DNA of 64,000 bases from contig OY969695.1 in NCBI GenBank assembly GCA_963701965.1, positions 1,376,001 to 1,440,000 on the forward strand. The letters are read 5' to 3'. Both the position numbers and the translations under genes were made by a program. Source of the stretch: an uncultured Gemmatimonadales bacterium. GTDB lineage: Bacteria; Gemmatimonadota; Gemmatimonadetes; Gemmatimonadales; Gemmatimonadaceae. This document shows, piece after piece, positions 19,641 to 29,867 of the stretch (the first letter of the stretch is position 1; every line of letters starts with the position of its first letter). Under the pieces are notes generated by a model. It saw nothing but the letters and a program-made list of their open reading frames with translations. It was not told the DNA's origin and ran no database searches.

Positions 19641-20761
19641 TCATGCGGGCGTGAGCTTCCCCAGCACGCGCGGTCCCCTGGCGCCGGTCGCCGTCGGCAC
19701 GTTGCCCGGTATCCGGTGCAGAAACAGGTAGCCGAGAAAGGCAAACGCGACCGCCTCTTTGGCCTCGCCATCGAAGAACACGTCGTCGAACCGGCGCACC
19801 GCGCGCGGCGCCAACGCACGGCCCAGCGCATCGACGAGCGCGGGGTTCCGGGCCCCGCCACCCGACAACAGGACGTCGGCCAGCGGTTCGGGCACAAACC
19901 GCTCGTAGGCGACCGCCACGCTGGTCGCCGTGAACGAGACGGCGGTGGCCACGATGTCGGCGACCGTCGCCTGGGGCGCCACCGTCCGACACTGGGCGAT
20001 GAATCGCTCGATGTACGCGGCCGAGAAGAGCTCCCGGCCGGTCGACTTGGGCGGCGCGACCGCGAAATACGGATCGTCGAGACTGGCCCGCACCACCGCG
20101 TCGATGGGCGCGCCGGCGCGGGCGAGACGGCCGTCCGTGTCGTACGGCTGGCCCGGCGCGCAGCGCCGGACGACGCCGTCGATCACGATCACCCCGGGGC
20201 CCGTGTCGAACGCGCGCACCGGCGCGTCGTCCTCCGGGACGATGCTGACGTTCCCGATCCCGCCGAGGTTTTGGAGCGCCCGGACGCCCGCCGGCGCACG
20301 AAAGAGATGCACATCGGCCGCGGTCACGAGCGGCGCCCCTTGGCCGCCCGCGGCCACGTCCCGCACGCGAAAATCGCTCACCACATCGATCCCGGTCCGT
20401 TCGGCGATGACGGCGGCCTGGCCGATCTGCCACGTCGCGCGCGCCGGCTCGTGCCACACGGTTTGCCCGTGGGACGCGATGGCCCGAATGTCGCGCGGCG
20501 CCACGCCGCTCCGCGCGATCACCGTGGTCGCGGCGTCGGCGAGCCAGCCGCCCAGATCGGCATCGAGCAGGCTCCACTCCGCGGCCGGCGGGGGGAAGCG
20601 ATGGCGCGCTCGATGCGTTGGCGCTGGGCATCAGTGTACGGGACGTGGGCCGCGGCCAGGAGATCGCACTGGTAGGGGGCGGCGCGAAAACGCACCACCG
20701 CCGCGGAGATCCCGTCGAGCGATGTGCCGGACATGAGTCCGACGTAGGTCTCGGTGGTCAC
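19641..20761 (-). CDS. anmK: Anhydro-N-acetylmuramic acid kinase (frameshift at G-run near 20590)
   Basis: GLMSGTSLDGI, SHGQTVWH, DVAAGGQGAPL, NLGGIGN, FDTGPG, PKSTGRELF, KEAVAFA. Confidence 0.92.
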
Positions 20762-20765
20762 TCGC

Positions 20766-21683
20766 CTACACCGCTGGCGGTGGGCCGATCACGCGGCGCA
20801 GCACGCCGTGGGCCTCGGCGAGCAACGCCTCGGCGTCCCCGCGGTCGAGGCCCCGCATTTGCATGACGATCGCGACTTTCACGACACCGCCCGCGGCGTC
20901 CAGCGCCTCGCGCGCCTCGCTTCGCGAGAGATGACACACCTCGGCCACGATGCGCTCGCTGCGCGCCGCGAGCTTCGCGTTCGTGGCGCGGAGGTCGACC
21001 ATGAGGTTCCCGTAGGTCTTGCCCAACCGGATCATCGCGCCGGTCGTGATGGCGTTGAGCACGAGCTTGGTCGCGGTGCCGGCCTTGAGACGCGTGGAGC
21101 CGGTGACGACTTCGGGCCCCACGAGCACGACAATCGCCAGGTCGAGACTCCGCACGAACTCGTCGGGGAGCGGGGTGCAGGCGACGATGGCGGTCCGGGC
21201 GCCTGCCCCGCGGGCATAGTCGAGCGCGCCGCGGACGTAAGGCGTCGTACCGGAGGCGGCGATCCCGACGACAAAATCGCCCGCCCCGGCCCCGACCGCC
21301 GCCAGATCCGCGGCCCCGTCGCCGGGACGATCCTCGGCCCCCTCCTGGGCGCGGGTCAGCGCGGGAAGACCGCCGGCAATGAATCCCCGCACCATCGCCG
21401 GGTCGGTCCCGAAGGTCGGCGGACACTCGGCGGCATCGAGGACGCCGAGGCGGCCGGATGTCCCGGCGCCGACGTACAGCAAGCGCCCGCCCGCGCGAAA
21501 TGCCGCCTCGGCGAACGTGATCGCGGTGGCTATCGCCTGGCGCTCGGCAGCGACCGCCGCCGGGACCGTCGCATCCTCGGCGGCCAGGAGATCGACGATC
21601 TCGGACGGCGTCGCCAGGTCGATATCGACCGTGCGAGGGTTCCGGCGCTCGGTGAGACTGGTGTCAGCGGCGTTGGCGGCCAC
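20766..21683 (-). CDS. murQ: N-acetylmuramic acid 6-phosphate etherase
   Basis: TERRNP, GAGTSGRLGVLDAAECPPTFG, GPEVVTGSTRLKAGTATKLVLN, NLMVD. Confidence 0.96.
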   Translation of the reverse strand: MAANAADTSLTERRNPRTVDIDLATPSEIVDLLAAEDATVPAAVAAERQAIATAITFAEAAFRAGGRLLYVGAGTSGRLGVLDAAECPPTFGTDPAMVRGFIAGGLPALTRAQEGAEDRPGDGAADLAAVGAGAGDFVVGIAASGTTPYVRGALDYARGAGARTAIVACTPLPDEFVRSLDLAIVVLVGPEVVTGSTRLKAGTATKLVLNAITTGAMIRLGKTYGNLMVDLRATNAKLAARSERIVAEVCHLSRSEAREALDAAGGVVKVAIVMQMRGLDRGDAEALLAEAHGVLRRVIGPPPAV

Positions 21684-21748
21684 TACGGCGAGTTGGTAGG
21701 TTGGTAAGCAGTGATCGAGATTTGAGCCTCTTGGAGAGGGTTTTTCAA

Positions 21749-23497
21749 GTGCGGACGGCGCGAGACCTTGGTCCAGCGGTTGTGATCTTCGTCACAATGG
21801 TGACGACCTCATGCGCGCACGGACCGGCGCATCAGCCGGCCAGCGCCGCGCTCAAGCCCACGGCCTTTCCCACGACCTGGCGCTATGAGACGGTGCGCGC
21901 GCTCGCGTCGGCGCCGCACGCAATGGTCGCCAGCAACAGCGCGCTGGCGAGCGACGCGGGCGTCGAGATCCTCCGCGCCGGGGGCAACGCGGTCGACGCC
22001 GCGGTGGCGGTCGGCTTCGCGCTCGCGGTGTCACTCCCGGAGGCTGGCAACATCGGCGGCGGCGGCTACATGGTGATTCGCATGGCCGACGGGCGCACGG
22101 CAGCGCTCGACTACCGCGAGGTGGCGCCGCTCGCGGCGACGCGCGACATGTACGTCGGCCCCGACGGGAAGTTGACCGATGGCAGCGTGGTCGGGTATCG
22201 CGCTTCCGGTGTGCCGGGTGCCGTCGCCGGGCTGACCGAAGCGCTCAAGACGTATGGGACCTTGCCGCTCCGACGCGTCATGGCGCCGGCCATTCGCCTG
22301 GCGACCGAGGGCGTCCGGGTGGACAGCGCGCTGGCGCGGTCGATCGCGTCCGAGCGCCAGCGGATCGGCCGCTTCGCCGGCGCCGATCGCTTCTTGCCTG
22401 GCGGTAGTCCCCCGGCGATCGGCAGTCTCTTCGTGCAGCCGGAGTTGGCGCACACGCTGTCGTTGATCGCCGAGCAGGGCGCGGAGGCGTTTTATCATGG
22501 TGCGATCGCGGCGGCCATCGTCGATGAGATGCGGCGCGGCCCCGGGCTCATCACCGCCGAGGATCTGGCGCGCTATCGTCCGCGCTGGCGGGATCCGCTG
22601 CGCGGGACCTATCGCGGATACGCGCTCTACACCATGCCCCCGTCGTCATCCGGCGGCGTCACGATCGTCGAGACGCTCAATATCTTGGAGACGTACGAGG
22701 CCTTGCCGCCGTTCGGGACCACCGCGTACGTCCATCGCCTGTCCGACGCGTTTCAGCGCGCGTTCATTGACCGCAATGATCGGCTCGGCGATCCGGATTT
22801 CGTCAGCGTGCCCGTGGATCGGCTGACGAGCAAAGCGTACGCGCGCACGGTGCGCGGCACGATCGCCAATGCGCACGCCACGCCGACGCCGCGGCTGACG
22901 GCGGCGCTCGATGAGGGACGCGAGACGACCCATTACTCGGTCGTGGACGCCGCCGGCAATGCCGTCGCGACGACGACCACGCTCAATGCGCTCTATGGAT
23001 CCGGGGTCTACGTGCGCGAGGCCGGCTTTTTCCTGAACGACGAGATGGATGATTTCTCGGCGCAGCCGGGTCAACCGAACATGTTCGGTCTCGTCCAAGG
23101 CGAGCGGAATGCCATCGCGCCCGGCAAGCGGATGCTGTCGGCGATGTCGCCGACCATCGTCGTGGATCCCGGCGGGCGGTTGTTCCTTGTTGTTGGGGGG
23201 CGAGGGGGGCCCCGCATCATCACGTCGACCGCTGAGGTCATCGTGAATGCGATCGACAACAAGATGGGGCTGGCCGATGCCATCCGCGCGCCGCGCGTGC
23301 ACCATCAGGCGCTGCCCGACTCGCTCCGGGTGGACGGGGGCGGATTTGCGCCGGCCGTTCTCGACTCGCTGCGGGCCATGGGGTACGCCGTCGCGACGGG
23401 CGGCGCCAGCGGAACGTGCACCGCCGTCATGCGCGACGGCGCCGGGTGGATCGGGGCGGTGGATCCCCGCGCCACCGGCGGCGCCGTCGGATACTGA
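21749..23497 (+). CDS. ggt: Gamma-glutamyltransferase
   Basis: GGNAVDAAVA, GIGGGG-like, DYREVAP, ETTHYSVVD nucleophile, LNDEMDDFS, PGKRMLSAMSP, PRVHHQ; start uncertain (GTG 21749 has SD). Confidence 0.93.
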   Translation: MRTARDLGPAVVIFVTMVTTSCAHGPAHQPASAALKPTAFPTTWRYETVRALASAPHAMVASNSALASDAGVEILRAGGNAVDAAVAVGFALAVSLPEAGNIGGGGYMVIRMADGRTAALDYREVAPLAATRDMYVGPDGKLTDGSVVGYRASGVPGAVAGLTEALKTYGTLPLRRVMAPAIRLATEGVRVDSALARSIASERQRIGRFAGADRFLPGGSPPAIGSLFVQPELAHTLSLIAEQGAEAFYHGAIAAAIVDEMRRGPGLITAEDLARYRPRWRDPLRGTYRGYALYTMPPSSSGGVTIVETLNILETYEALPPFGTTAYVHRLSDAFQRAFIDRNDRLGDPDFVSVPVDRLTSKAYARTVRGTIANAHATPTPRLTAALDEGRETTHYSVVDAAGNAVATTTTLNALYGSGVYVREAGFFLNDEMDDFSAQPGQPNMFGLVQGERNAIAPGKRMLSAMSPTIVVDPGGRLFLVVGGRGGPRIITSTAEVIVNAIDNKMGLADAIRAPRVHHQALPDSLRVDGGGFAPAVLDSLRAMGYAVATGGASGTCTAVMRDGAGWIGAVDPRATGGAVGY

Positions 23498-23505
23498 GCG
23501 ACGGC

Positions 23506-24504
23506 CTACTGAGCCTTGATCTGCTGGTCGCTGTTCAACGCGATGTTGAACTTGCCGCCCTGGGGCAGGCACGCATCGTAGTGGCCCGTGGCGACCGCCA
23601 CACCGCCACCTGCCGCGGCGCCGGCCGCCGCCCCGATGACCGCGGTCTTGGCGCTGTGCCCGAGCACGGCGCCGAGGATGCCGCCGGCCACCGCGCCACC
23701 GCCCACTTTCGCCGCGTCGGTCCCGGCGCCGGTCGTGCGCTGCTGTTGGAGCGGCGGCGTCCCGGCGAGCGACGCATCGAGCGGGTACCCGGTGCCATTG
23801 ACCGCAATGTTGTCGAATGCCAGCGCGAACGTCACCGTTTGGCCGGCCGCTTTGCTCTGCCCGAGCGCCGTGACGTGGCCGGTCACCGACGACCCGGCGG
23901 GAATGACGGCGCCATTCGATCCGACCACGGGGTTGGCGACCGTGGCGGTGAACGTGTCTCCGACTTTGTTGGTGTTCGTGCAGATCTTCCCGTCCGACGT
24001 CAGCGCGATGTTCGTTCCCGCCGCGATGACGCCGATGTGGCCTCCCCCCGTCCCGCCTGACGTCATCGTATTACCGCTCGCGGTGACCGTCGGCGCCGGT
24101 GGAGTACCGGCCGCGGCGGCCGCGAGGCTCGGCGCGCCCCCGGCGCCTGCTGAGCCGCCGCCACTCGCCGGCGTCGTTGCGGTAGCGCGGGCCGTTCCGC
24201 TGGGCTTCTTGTGGTGCTCCGTTTTCTTGGGCGCCTCGGCGACCGCCGCGGGGGCAGGCGCGGGCGTTGCCGCCGGCGTCGGCGCGGCCGCGGGGACGGC
24301 CGCGGGCGCGGGCGCCGCGGCGGTGTCCGCCAATGCCGGCTGCGGCGCCGGCGTATTGCCGTTCGCCGCGGCCAGATCGCTCGCCAGTGACGTGTCCGCC
24401 GCCATCTTGCTGGCATCCGCATTCGCGGCCTTGTCGCCTTTGCCGCACGCCCCCGTCGCCAGCGCCAGGGTCAGGACCGCGACCATATTATACTTTGTGA
24501 TCAT
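23506..24504 (-). CDS. Ala/Pro-rich lipoprotein with C-terminal beta domain and glycine zipper
   Basis: GAGGAG SD, lipobox TGAC, low-complexity linker, GGGAVAGGILGAVLG...GAAAGAAAGG. Confidence 0.8.
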   Translation of the reverse strand: MITKYNMVAVLTLALATGACGKGDKAANADASKMAADTSLASDLAAANGNTPAPQPALADTAAAPAPAAVPAAAPTPAATPAPAPAAVAEAPKKTEHHKKPSGTARATATTPASGGGSAGAGGAPSLAAAAAGTPPAPTVTASGNTMTSGGTGGGHIGVIAAGTNIALTSDGKICTNTNKVGDTFTATVANPVVGSNGAVIPAGSSVTGHVTALGQSKAAGQTVTFALAFDNIAVNGTGYPLDASLAGTPPLQQQRTTGAGTDAAKVGGGAVAGGILGAVLGHSAKTAVIGAAAGAAAGGGVAVATGHYDACLPQGGKFNIALNSDQQIKAQ

Positions 24505-24516
24505 CCGTCTCTCCTC

Positions 24517-26274
24517 TTGAAGTCGCTCAAGCCTCTCCTACCATACCTGCGTCCGTACCGGGCGCAACTGATTCGCGGTCTCGCCTTCGTCGTGGGCTCG
24601 TCGGCCGTGACGAGCGTGATCCCGACCCTGATCGAGATCGCCATCGACGCCATGCACCACGGCACGCCGGCCGCTCGCATCTGGGCGATCGCCGGCATCA
24701 TGATCGCCGTCGCGCTCTTCGGCGGCTGGCTGCGCTATGAGATGCGTGAAATTCTCAACGGCGTCAGCCGCCGTGTCGAGTACGACCTGCGGAACGCCCT
24801 CTTCACCCATCTCGAGACCCTCGACGCCGCCTACTTCGGCCAAACGCGAACCGGCGACATCATGGCCCGCCTGACCAACGACTTGAGCGCGGTCCGGATG
24901 GCCGCCGGTCCGGCGATCATGTACCTGGTCGCCACGATCGCGGGCGGGGTCTTCGCGCTCGGGTTCATGGTCCGCATCAGCCCGCGGCTCACCGGCATCG
25001 CCCTGCTCCCAATGGTGCTGCTTCCCATTCTCATGGTGCGCTTCGGACGAATCATCCACCAGCGCTTCGAGGCGGTCCAGGATCACTTCAGCACATTGAC
25101 GACCCACGCCCAGGAGAATTTCTCGGGGACCCGGATCATCCGCGCCTATCGCCAGGAGCCGGCTGAACTGCGCCGGTTTGGCGCCCTCAATGACGAATAC
25201 CTCACCCGCAATATGCACCTGGTGCGCCTCAATGGCGCCATGAATCCCGCCTTTGGCCTCCTCGGGGGCCTGGCCGCGGTCGTGGTGCTGGCGCTCGGCG
25301 GCGCCCTGGTCATGCGCGGGGTCATCTCGGTCGGCGAGTTCGTCGCGTTCGGCCTGTACCTCGGGGCGCTCACGTGGCCGCTGATCGCGCTGGGCTGGGT
25401 GATCAATTTGTTCGAGCGCGGGGCCGCTTCCATGACCCGGCTCATGGATATCTTCCGGGCCAGCCCGAGCATTACATCGCCCGCGCACCCGCGGCCGCTT
25501 CCCGTGCACCGGGGCGGTCGCTCGCTCGAGTTCCGTAACGTCAGTTTCGCGTATCCATCCGCGCCCGATCGTCTGGTCCTCGACCGCGTCAGCTTCATGC
25601 TGCCGGCCGGCGGCACCCTCGGGATCGTGGGCGCCACTGGCAGTGGCAAGAGCGCGCTGATCGATCTCATCCCGCGCATCTACGACCCGCAGCAGGGCGA
25701 GATCTTGATCGACGGGGTCCCGATCCGATCCGTGGCGCTCGATGAGCTCCGGCGCACGATCGGCACCGTCCCGCAGGAAAGCCTCCTCTTCAGCGACACG
25801 ATCGGCGCCAACTTGCTGTATGGCGCCGGCAACGATGGGGAAGACCATCAGGGGCGTTGGGCGGCGAAGATCGCGCAGCTCGACCAGACGATCGCCGACT
25901 TCCCCGCGGGCTACGAGACCATGCTCGGCGAGCGCGGCATCAATCTTTCGGGCGGTCAGAAACAACGCGCCGCGCTGGCGCGGGCCCTGGCCCGGCATCC
26001 ATCGATCGTGCTGCTCGACGACGCGCTCTCGGCGGTGGACACGCACACGGAGGCCGCGATCCTGCATTCGTTGCGCGATGCGCTCACCGCGCGGACCGCC
26101 GTCATTGCGTCGCACCGCATCAGCGCCATCCGGGACGCGACGTGGATCATCGTCCTCGATCGAGGCCGGGTCGTCGAGCAAGGGCGCCACGAAGACCTGT
26201 TGGCGCTGACGGGGCGCTACTGGTCTCTCCTCCGCCGCCAGCAGCTGGTGGACGCCCTCGAAGACGTGGCCTGA
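24517..26274 (+). CDS. ABC exporter, fused TM + ATPase (MdlA-like)
   Basis: TM domain; GATGSGKS, LSGGQKQR, LLDDALSAVD; TTG start. Confidence 0.93.
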   Translation: MKSLKPLLPYLRPYRAQLIRGLAFVVGSSAVTSVIPTLIEIAIDAMHHGTPAARIWAIAGIMIAVALFGGWLRYEMREILNGVSRRVEYDLRNALFTHLETLDAAYFGQTRTGDIMARLTNDLSAVRMAAGPAIMYLVATIAGGVFALGFMVRISPRLTGIALLPMVLLPILMVRFGRIIHQRFEAVQDHFSTLTTHAQENFSGTRIIRAYRQEPAELRRFGALNDEYLTRNMHLVRLNGAMNPAFGLLGGLAAVVVLALGGALVMRGVISVGEFVAFGLYLGALTWPLIALGWVINLFERGAASMTRLMDIFRASPSITSPAHPRPLPVHRGGRSLEFRNVSFAYPSAPDRLVLDRVSFMLPAGGTLGIVGATGSGKSALIDLIPRIYDPQQGEILIDGVPIRSVALDELRRTIGTVPQESLLFSDTIGANLLYGAGNDGEDHQGRWAAKIAQLDQTIADFPAGYETMLGERGINLSGGQKQRAALARALARHPSIVLLDDALSAVDTHTEAAILHSLRDALTARTAVIASHRISAIRDATWIIVLDRGRVVEQGRHEDLLALTGRYWSLLRRQQLVDALEDVA

Positions 26275-26645
26275 TGCGCGTCCTGGTCGTCGAGGACAAC
26301 GCCAATGCCGGCGACGCACTGCGCATGCTCCTGGAAACCGGCGGCCACGACGTCGCGGTCGCCAGGACGATCACCGACGCCGTTCAGGCCTGCACCGACG
26401 CCGCCCGGAACGGCCGCCGGATCGACTTGATGTTGCTCGACCTGACGCTCCCCAATGGTGATGGGCTGGACGTCCTGGCCGGAGTCAGCGCCGCGGACGC
26501 CGCGCCGGCCGCGACCATCGCGCTCACGGGATGGGACGAGCGCGCGGTCGCCGCGCGCTGCCGCGCCGCGGGTTGCCGCGACGTGCTGATCAAGCCGGTG
26601 CCCGGGCGGCAGCTCCTGGCGCTGGCCGCATCGCTCGCGCGTTGA
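26274..26645 (+). CDS. Single-domain response regulator (CheY-like)
   Basis: MRVLVVEDN...LLDLTLPNGDG...LTG...IKP; ATG overlaps ABC stop (TGATG). Confidence 0.9.
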   Translation: MRVLVVEDNANAGDALRMLLETGGHDVAVARTITDAVQACTDAARNGRRIDLMLLDLTLPNGDGLDVLAGVSAADAAPAATIALTGWDERAVAARCRAAGCRDVLIKPVPGRQLLALAASLAR

Positions 26646-28387
26646 CGCCACCCCACGGCATCGAGCGGCGCCGCCGCCCGCGGGCCGGCCGGTGGCTCAC
26701 GTGGTACTACCGGTTCAAGTACCGGCTGTTCGAGCGGGAACGCCACCCGCAGGATGGCCGGCGCGGGCTCCTCATGCTGCAGATCGATGCCCTGGCCTAT
26801 GCCGACCTGCGGCGCGCGCTCGATCTGGGCTATTGCCCGACGATCCGCCGCCTTCTGATCGACGAGGGGTTCCGGATGCGGCGCTGGTTCTGCGGCCTTC
26901 CGGCGGCCACGCCCTATTGCCAGGCAGGGATCTTTCACGGGGAGAATGCCGGAATCCCCGCGTTCCGGTTCTATGACAAGACGCTGCGGCGCGTCGTGAC
27001 GTGCAACGCGCCCGAAGGCGTACAGTACATTCGCGACCGCATTCATGCGCCGGGCGCGCTGGCGGGGGGGTCGAGTTACGTCAACCTGCTCGACGGCAAT
27101 GCCTCGACCGTCGCGTTCACGGTCGCCACGCGCGAGCGCATGTCGGCGTACCGGCGCCTGGGCGGGACGCGGATGCTGCTCCTCATTGTCCTGCACCCGA
27201 TCCGCATTGCCCGCATGGTGCTGCAGGCCGCCGTGGAATGGTTGCGCGAAGAATGGGAACGGACATCGGGCGAGCTGGCCGGACGGAGCACGCACACGGA
27301 AGGGATCTTTCCGTTCGTGCGCATCCTGAGCAACGTCGTCGTGCGCGAGCTGCAGACAATGGCCATTGTGCTCGATCTCCATCTCGGTGTCCCGGTCATC
27401 TACTCGACGTTCATGCAGTACGACGAGTTGGCGCACCACTTCGGTCCCACGAGCCGCCAAGCCTTGTCTGATCTCCGACGCACGGACGCGCGGATCGCCG
27501 AGCTGTTGCGCATGATGTGGCACGCAGCCGGGCGGGGCTATGATCTCGTGCTGTTGTCGGATCACGGCATGACGCCATCGGTGAGCTACCGCGTGCGGTT
27601 CAAGGAGACGCTGGGCACGACGGTCGCCCAAATGCTGTCCAGTGGCGCCGAATCCCTGCGATCCGTCGCCAGTTTCGCCGAGGACAGCGAGTACGCGGAT
27701 GCCGGCCCCCAGGTGCTGGAAGCCGCGGCTCAAGTCGCACCGCCCGACTTCGGGCGGACGCGGCGCGCGATCTACGGGCTCCGCGACTGGTTGCGCCGCA
27801 ACTACGGGCTGCGCGAGCTGCTCGTGCCCGAGAAGTTCAAAGTCAATGCCCGGAACGACGTCGTCGTCACCTATAGCTCGTGCCTGGCCGAGCTGTACTT
27901 CGCCGACGACGAGCGGGCGCTCGACTACGCCGACATCATGGGCGATCCCCGCCGGGCCAATCTCTACGCCGCGCTGCTCACCCATCCGGGGATTGGGCTC
28001 ATCCTGACCCGGTACGGCGACGCCGTGCATGTGGAGTCCAACGCCGGCCGCGCCGTGCTCACGGGCGGCGGATTCGCGTCGGTCGTCGGGGAAAATCCCC
28101 TGGAAGTGTACGGAGAGGACGCCAGAACCGTCCGTGCCATCGAGTGTCTGGTGCGACAGCCGAACGGCGGAGACCTGGTGTTGTTCGGGGCCTACGACGG
28201 CTACGAGATCGTGTCGTTCGACGACCAAGTCGGCGCCCACGGCAGCGCCGGCGGCGACCAGCTTTTCCCGTTCCTCATCACGCCCCGGACGTTCGGCGTG
28301 GACGACGCGACGCCCATTGACGACGCGCGCGACATCCACCGGGTGATCATGGCGCGGTTTGCGCCGTCTCCGCCACCATCGCCCTGA
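26642..28387 (+). CDS. Alkaline phosphatase superfamily / type I phosphodiesterase-like protein
   Basis: LQIDAL, PAATPYCQAGI, YDELAHHFGP, LLSDHG, GAHGSAGG metal motifs; TTG start overlaps regulator stop. Confidence 0.8.
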   Translation: MTPPHGIERRRRPRAGRWLTWYYRFKYRLFERERHPQDGRRGLLMLQIDALAYADLRRALDLGYCPTIRRLLIDEGFRMRRWFCGLPAATPYCQAGIFHGENAGIPAFRFYDKTLRRVVTCNAPEGVQYIRDRIHAPGALAGGSSYVNLLDGNASTVAFTVATRERMSAYRRLGGTRMLLLIVLHPIRIARMVLQAAVEWLREEWERTSGELAGRSTHTEGIFPFVRILSNVVVRELQTMAIVLDLHLGVPVIYSTFMQYDELAHHFGPTSRQALSDLRRTDARIAELLRMMWHAAGRGYDLVLLSDHGMTPSVSYRVRFKETLGTTVAQMLSSGAESLRSVASFAEDSEYADAGPQVLEAAAQVAPPDFGRTRRAIYGLRDWLRRNYGLRELLVPEKFKVNARNDVVVTYSSCLAELYFADDERALDYADIMGDPRRANLYAALLTHPGIGLILTRYGDAVHVESNAGRAVLTGGGFASVVGENPLEVYGEDARTVRAIECLVRQPNGGDLVLFGAYDGYEIVSFDDQVGAHGSAGGDQLFPFLITPRTFGVDDATPIDDARDIHRVIMARFAPSPPPSP

Positions 28388-28718
28388 ACGCGTCGCCGTC
28401 GAGGCGTGACGGCGGTCCGTGATCGCCGGCGCGGCGCGTCACGCCGTGCACAGCGTCGGCCAGCGCATCGAGCGGCGCGTCGGCTTCGGCATGGAGGTCG
28501 AACGTCCACGCGCCGCGATCCATCCCTTTGACGGCATGGCTGTACCGCGCGGTCAGCACGGCGTACCGCTCGCCTGCCCCTGGGGCGGTCGCCAGGACGG
28601 CCACGCCGGTCTCGGCGACGCCCTGGCGCAGCACGGGAAAGAGATAGGCTTCGACGACATCGACCACCGGCACGCGTTCGGCGATCTCGCGGAGAAACCT
28701 CCGCTCCCCTTCGGTCAA
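28347..28718 (-). CDS. Hypothetical protein
   Basis: TTG start: LTEGERRFLREIAERVP...LFPVLRQGVAETGVAV...EADAPL; globular-looking, follows TIGR00300-like gene. Confidence 0.65.
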   Translation of the reverse strand: MTEGERRFLREIAERVPVVDVVEAYLFPVLRQGVAETGVAVLATAPGAGERYAVLTARYSHAVKGMDRGAWTFDLHAEADAPLDALADAVHGVTRRAGDHGPPSRLDGDAFRAMVAETAQTAP

Positions 28719-28728
28719 GCGCGCACCG

Positions 28729-29844
28729 TCATGCCGATACGGCTGCCAAACGCACCGGGGACATCGTGGACAGCTCGCGCTCCACGTAGAGCCGCAGGAT
28801 GTGCATGAAATCCTGCGCGTTGGTGACGACGCCGAACGCCTGGTGCGTGCCGCGGTCCTTGAGCTTGCTGACGACGAACTCCGACGAGTCGACGCAGATG
28901 GTCGTGAGCTCGCGCAGCGTGCCATCGGACTCCGTCACGAACGCCGGCAGCATGTTGCCGGTGGCGATGGCGTGCAACGCCGTGGCGATCAGGATCGCCA
29001 TCGTGGCCTTGGTCGCATGGCGCCGCATCGCATCCTGCCCGGCGATGGCATCGGTCACGACGTCGGGCAGCGGACCGTCGTCGCGAATCGAGCCGGTGAG
29101 CACGAACGGGACCTTATGGACCACGCAGGCGTGCATGATGCCGTCGGTCACGATCCCCTGCTCCACGGCGGCGGCAATCGAGCCCGCGGCGCGCACTTTG
29201 TTGATCGCGCGCATGTGCAGCCCGTGGCCGCCCGACGTGGCCTCGCCGGACCCGCTCATGCCGAGCGTCGTGCCGAAGATCGACGCCTCGATGTCATGCA
29301 CGGCCACGGCATTGCCGGCCAGCAACGCACCCACGAACCCGTTGGCGATGAACCAGGTCATGTCGGTCCGAGCCCGCGAGTGGACGAGCGCCGGACCGGT
29401 CACCCATACCGGATAGCCCCCGCGGTCGCGCTCGGCGATCAGGAGCTGCGCCATCTGGGCGTAGTCGATCGGCTTCTCGCGCGACACCTCGCTGGTCATG
29501 AACTTGAACTCGCCGGACCCGTCTTCGACCGCCATGAACGCGGTCGTGTACACGAAGATCCCCTCGCTCCCGTCCTCGGCGGTCCCCACCGCGACCCGCT
29601 CACCCCGCCGGACGCGCCGGCCCTCGCGCACCCACAACTCGCCGTCGGCGTCGAGCACGAGCACGGAGTCCATCCGCGGCTCGCGCGGCATGCGCCAGAT
29701 GCCGTTCACGCGGGCGTACGTCGGGAGGTTGGTCGTCGAGAAAAAGCCTTCGGGCAGTACGCCATCGGCCGGAGCCGGGACGAACCGCGCGTCGGCCGCG
29801 GCGGCGAACCGTGCGGCCGTGAAATCGGGATGCTTGAACGTCAT
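28729..29844 (-). CDS. TIGR00300-like (LOR/SDH, ArgZ/AgrE C-terminal ornithine cyclodeaminase-like) protein
   Basis: APADGVLPEGFFSTTN, MD, FKFMTSEVSREK, GPALVH, LAGNAVAVHDIE, GSIRDDGPLPDV, LHAIATGNMLP, KLKDRG. Confidence 0.85.
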   Translation of the reverse strand: MTFKHPDFTAARFAAAADARFVPAPADGVLPEGFFSTTNLPTYARVNGIWRMPREPRMDSVLVLDADGELWVREGRRVRRGERVAVGTAEDGSEGIFVYTTAFMAVEDGSGEFKFMTSEVSREKPIDYAQMAQLLIAERDRGGYPVWVTGPALVHSRARTDMTWFIANGFVGALLAGNAVAVHDIEASIFGTTLGMSGSGEATSGGHGLHMRAINKVRAAGSIAAAVEQGIVTDGIMHACVVHKVPFVLTGSIRDDGPLPDVVTDAIAGQDAMRRHATKATMAILIATALHAIATGNMLPAFVTESDGTLRELTTICVDSSEFVVSKLKDRGTHQAFGVVTNAQDFMHILRLYVERELSTMSPVRLAAVSA

Positions 29845-29867
29845 CACCCAGAAAGATCGGCGCGCGC

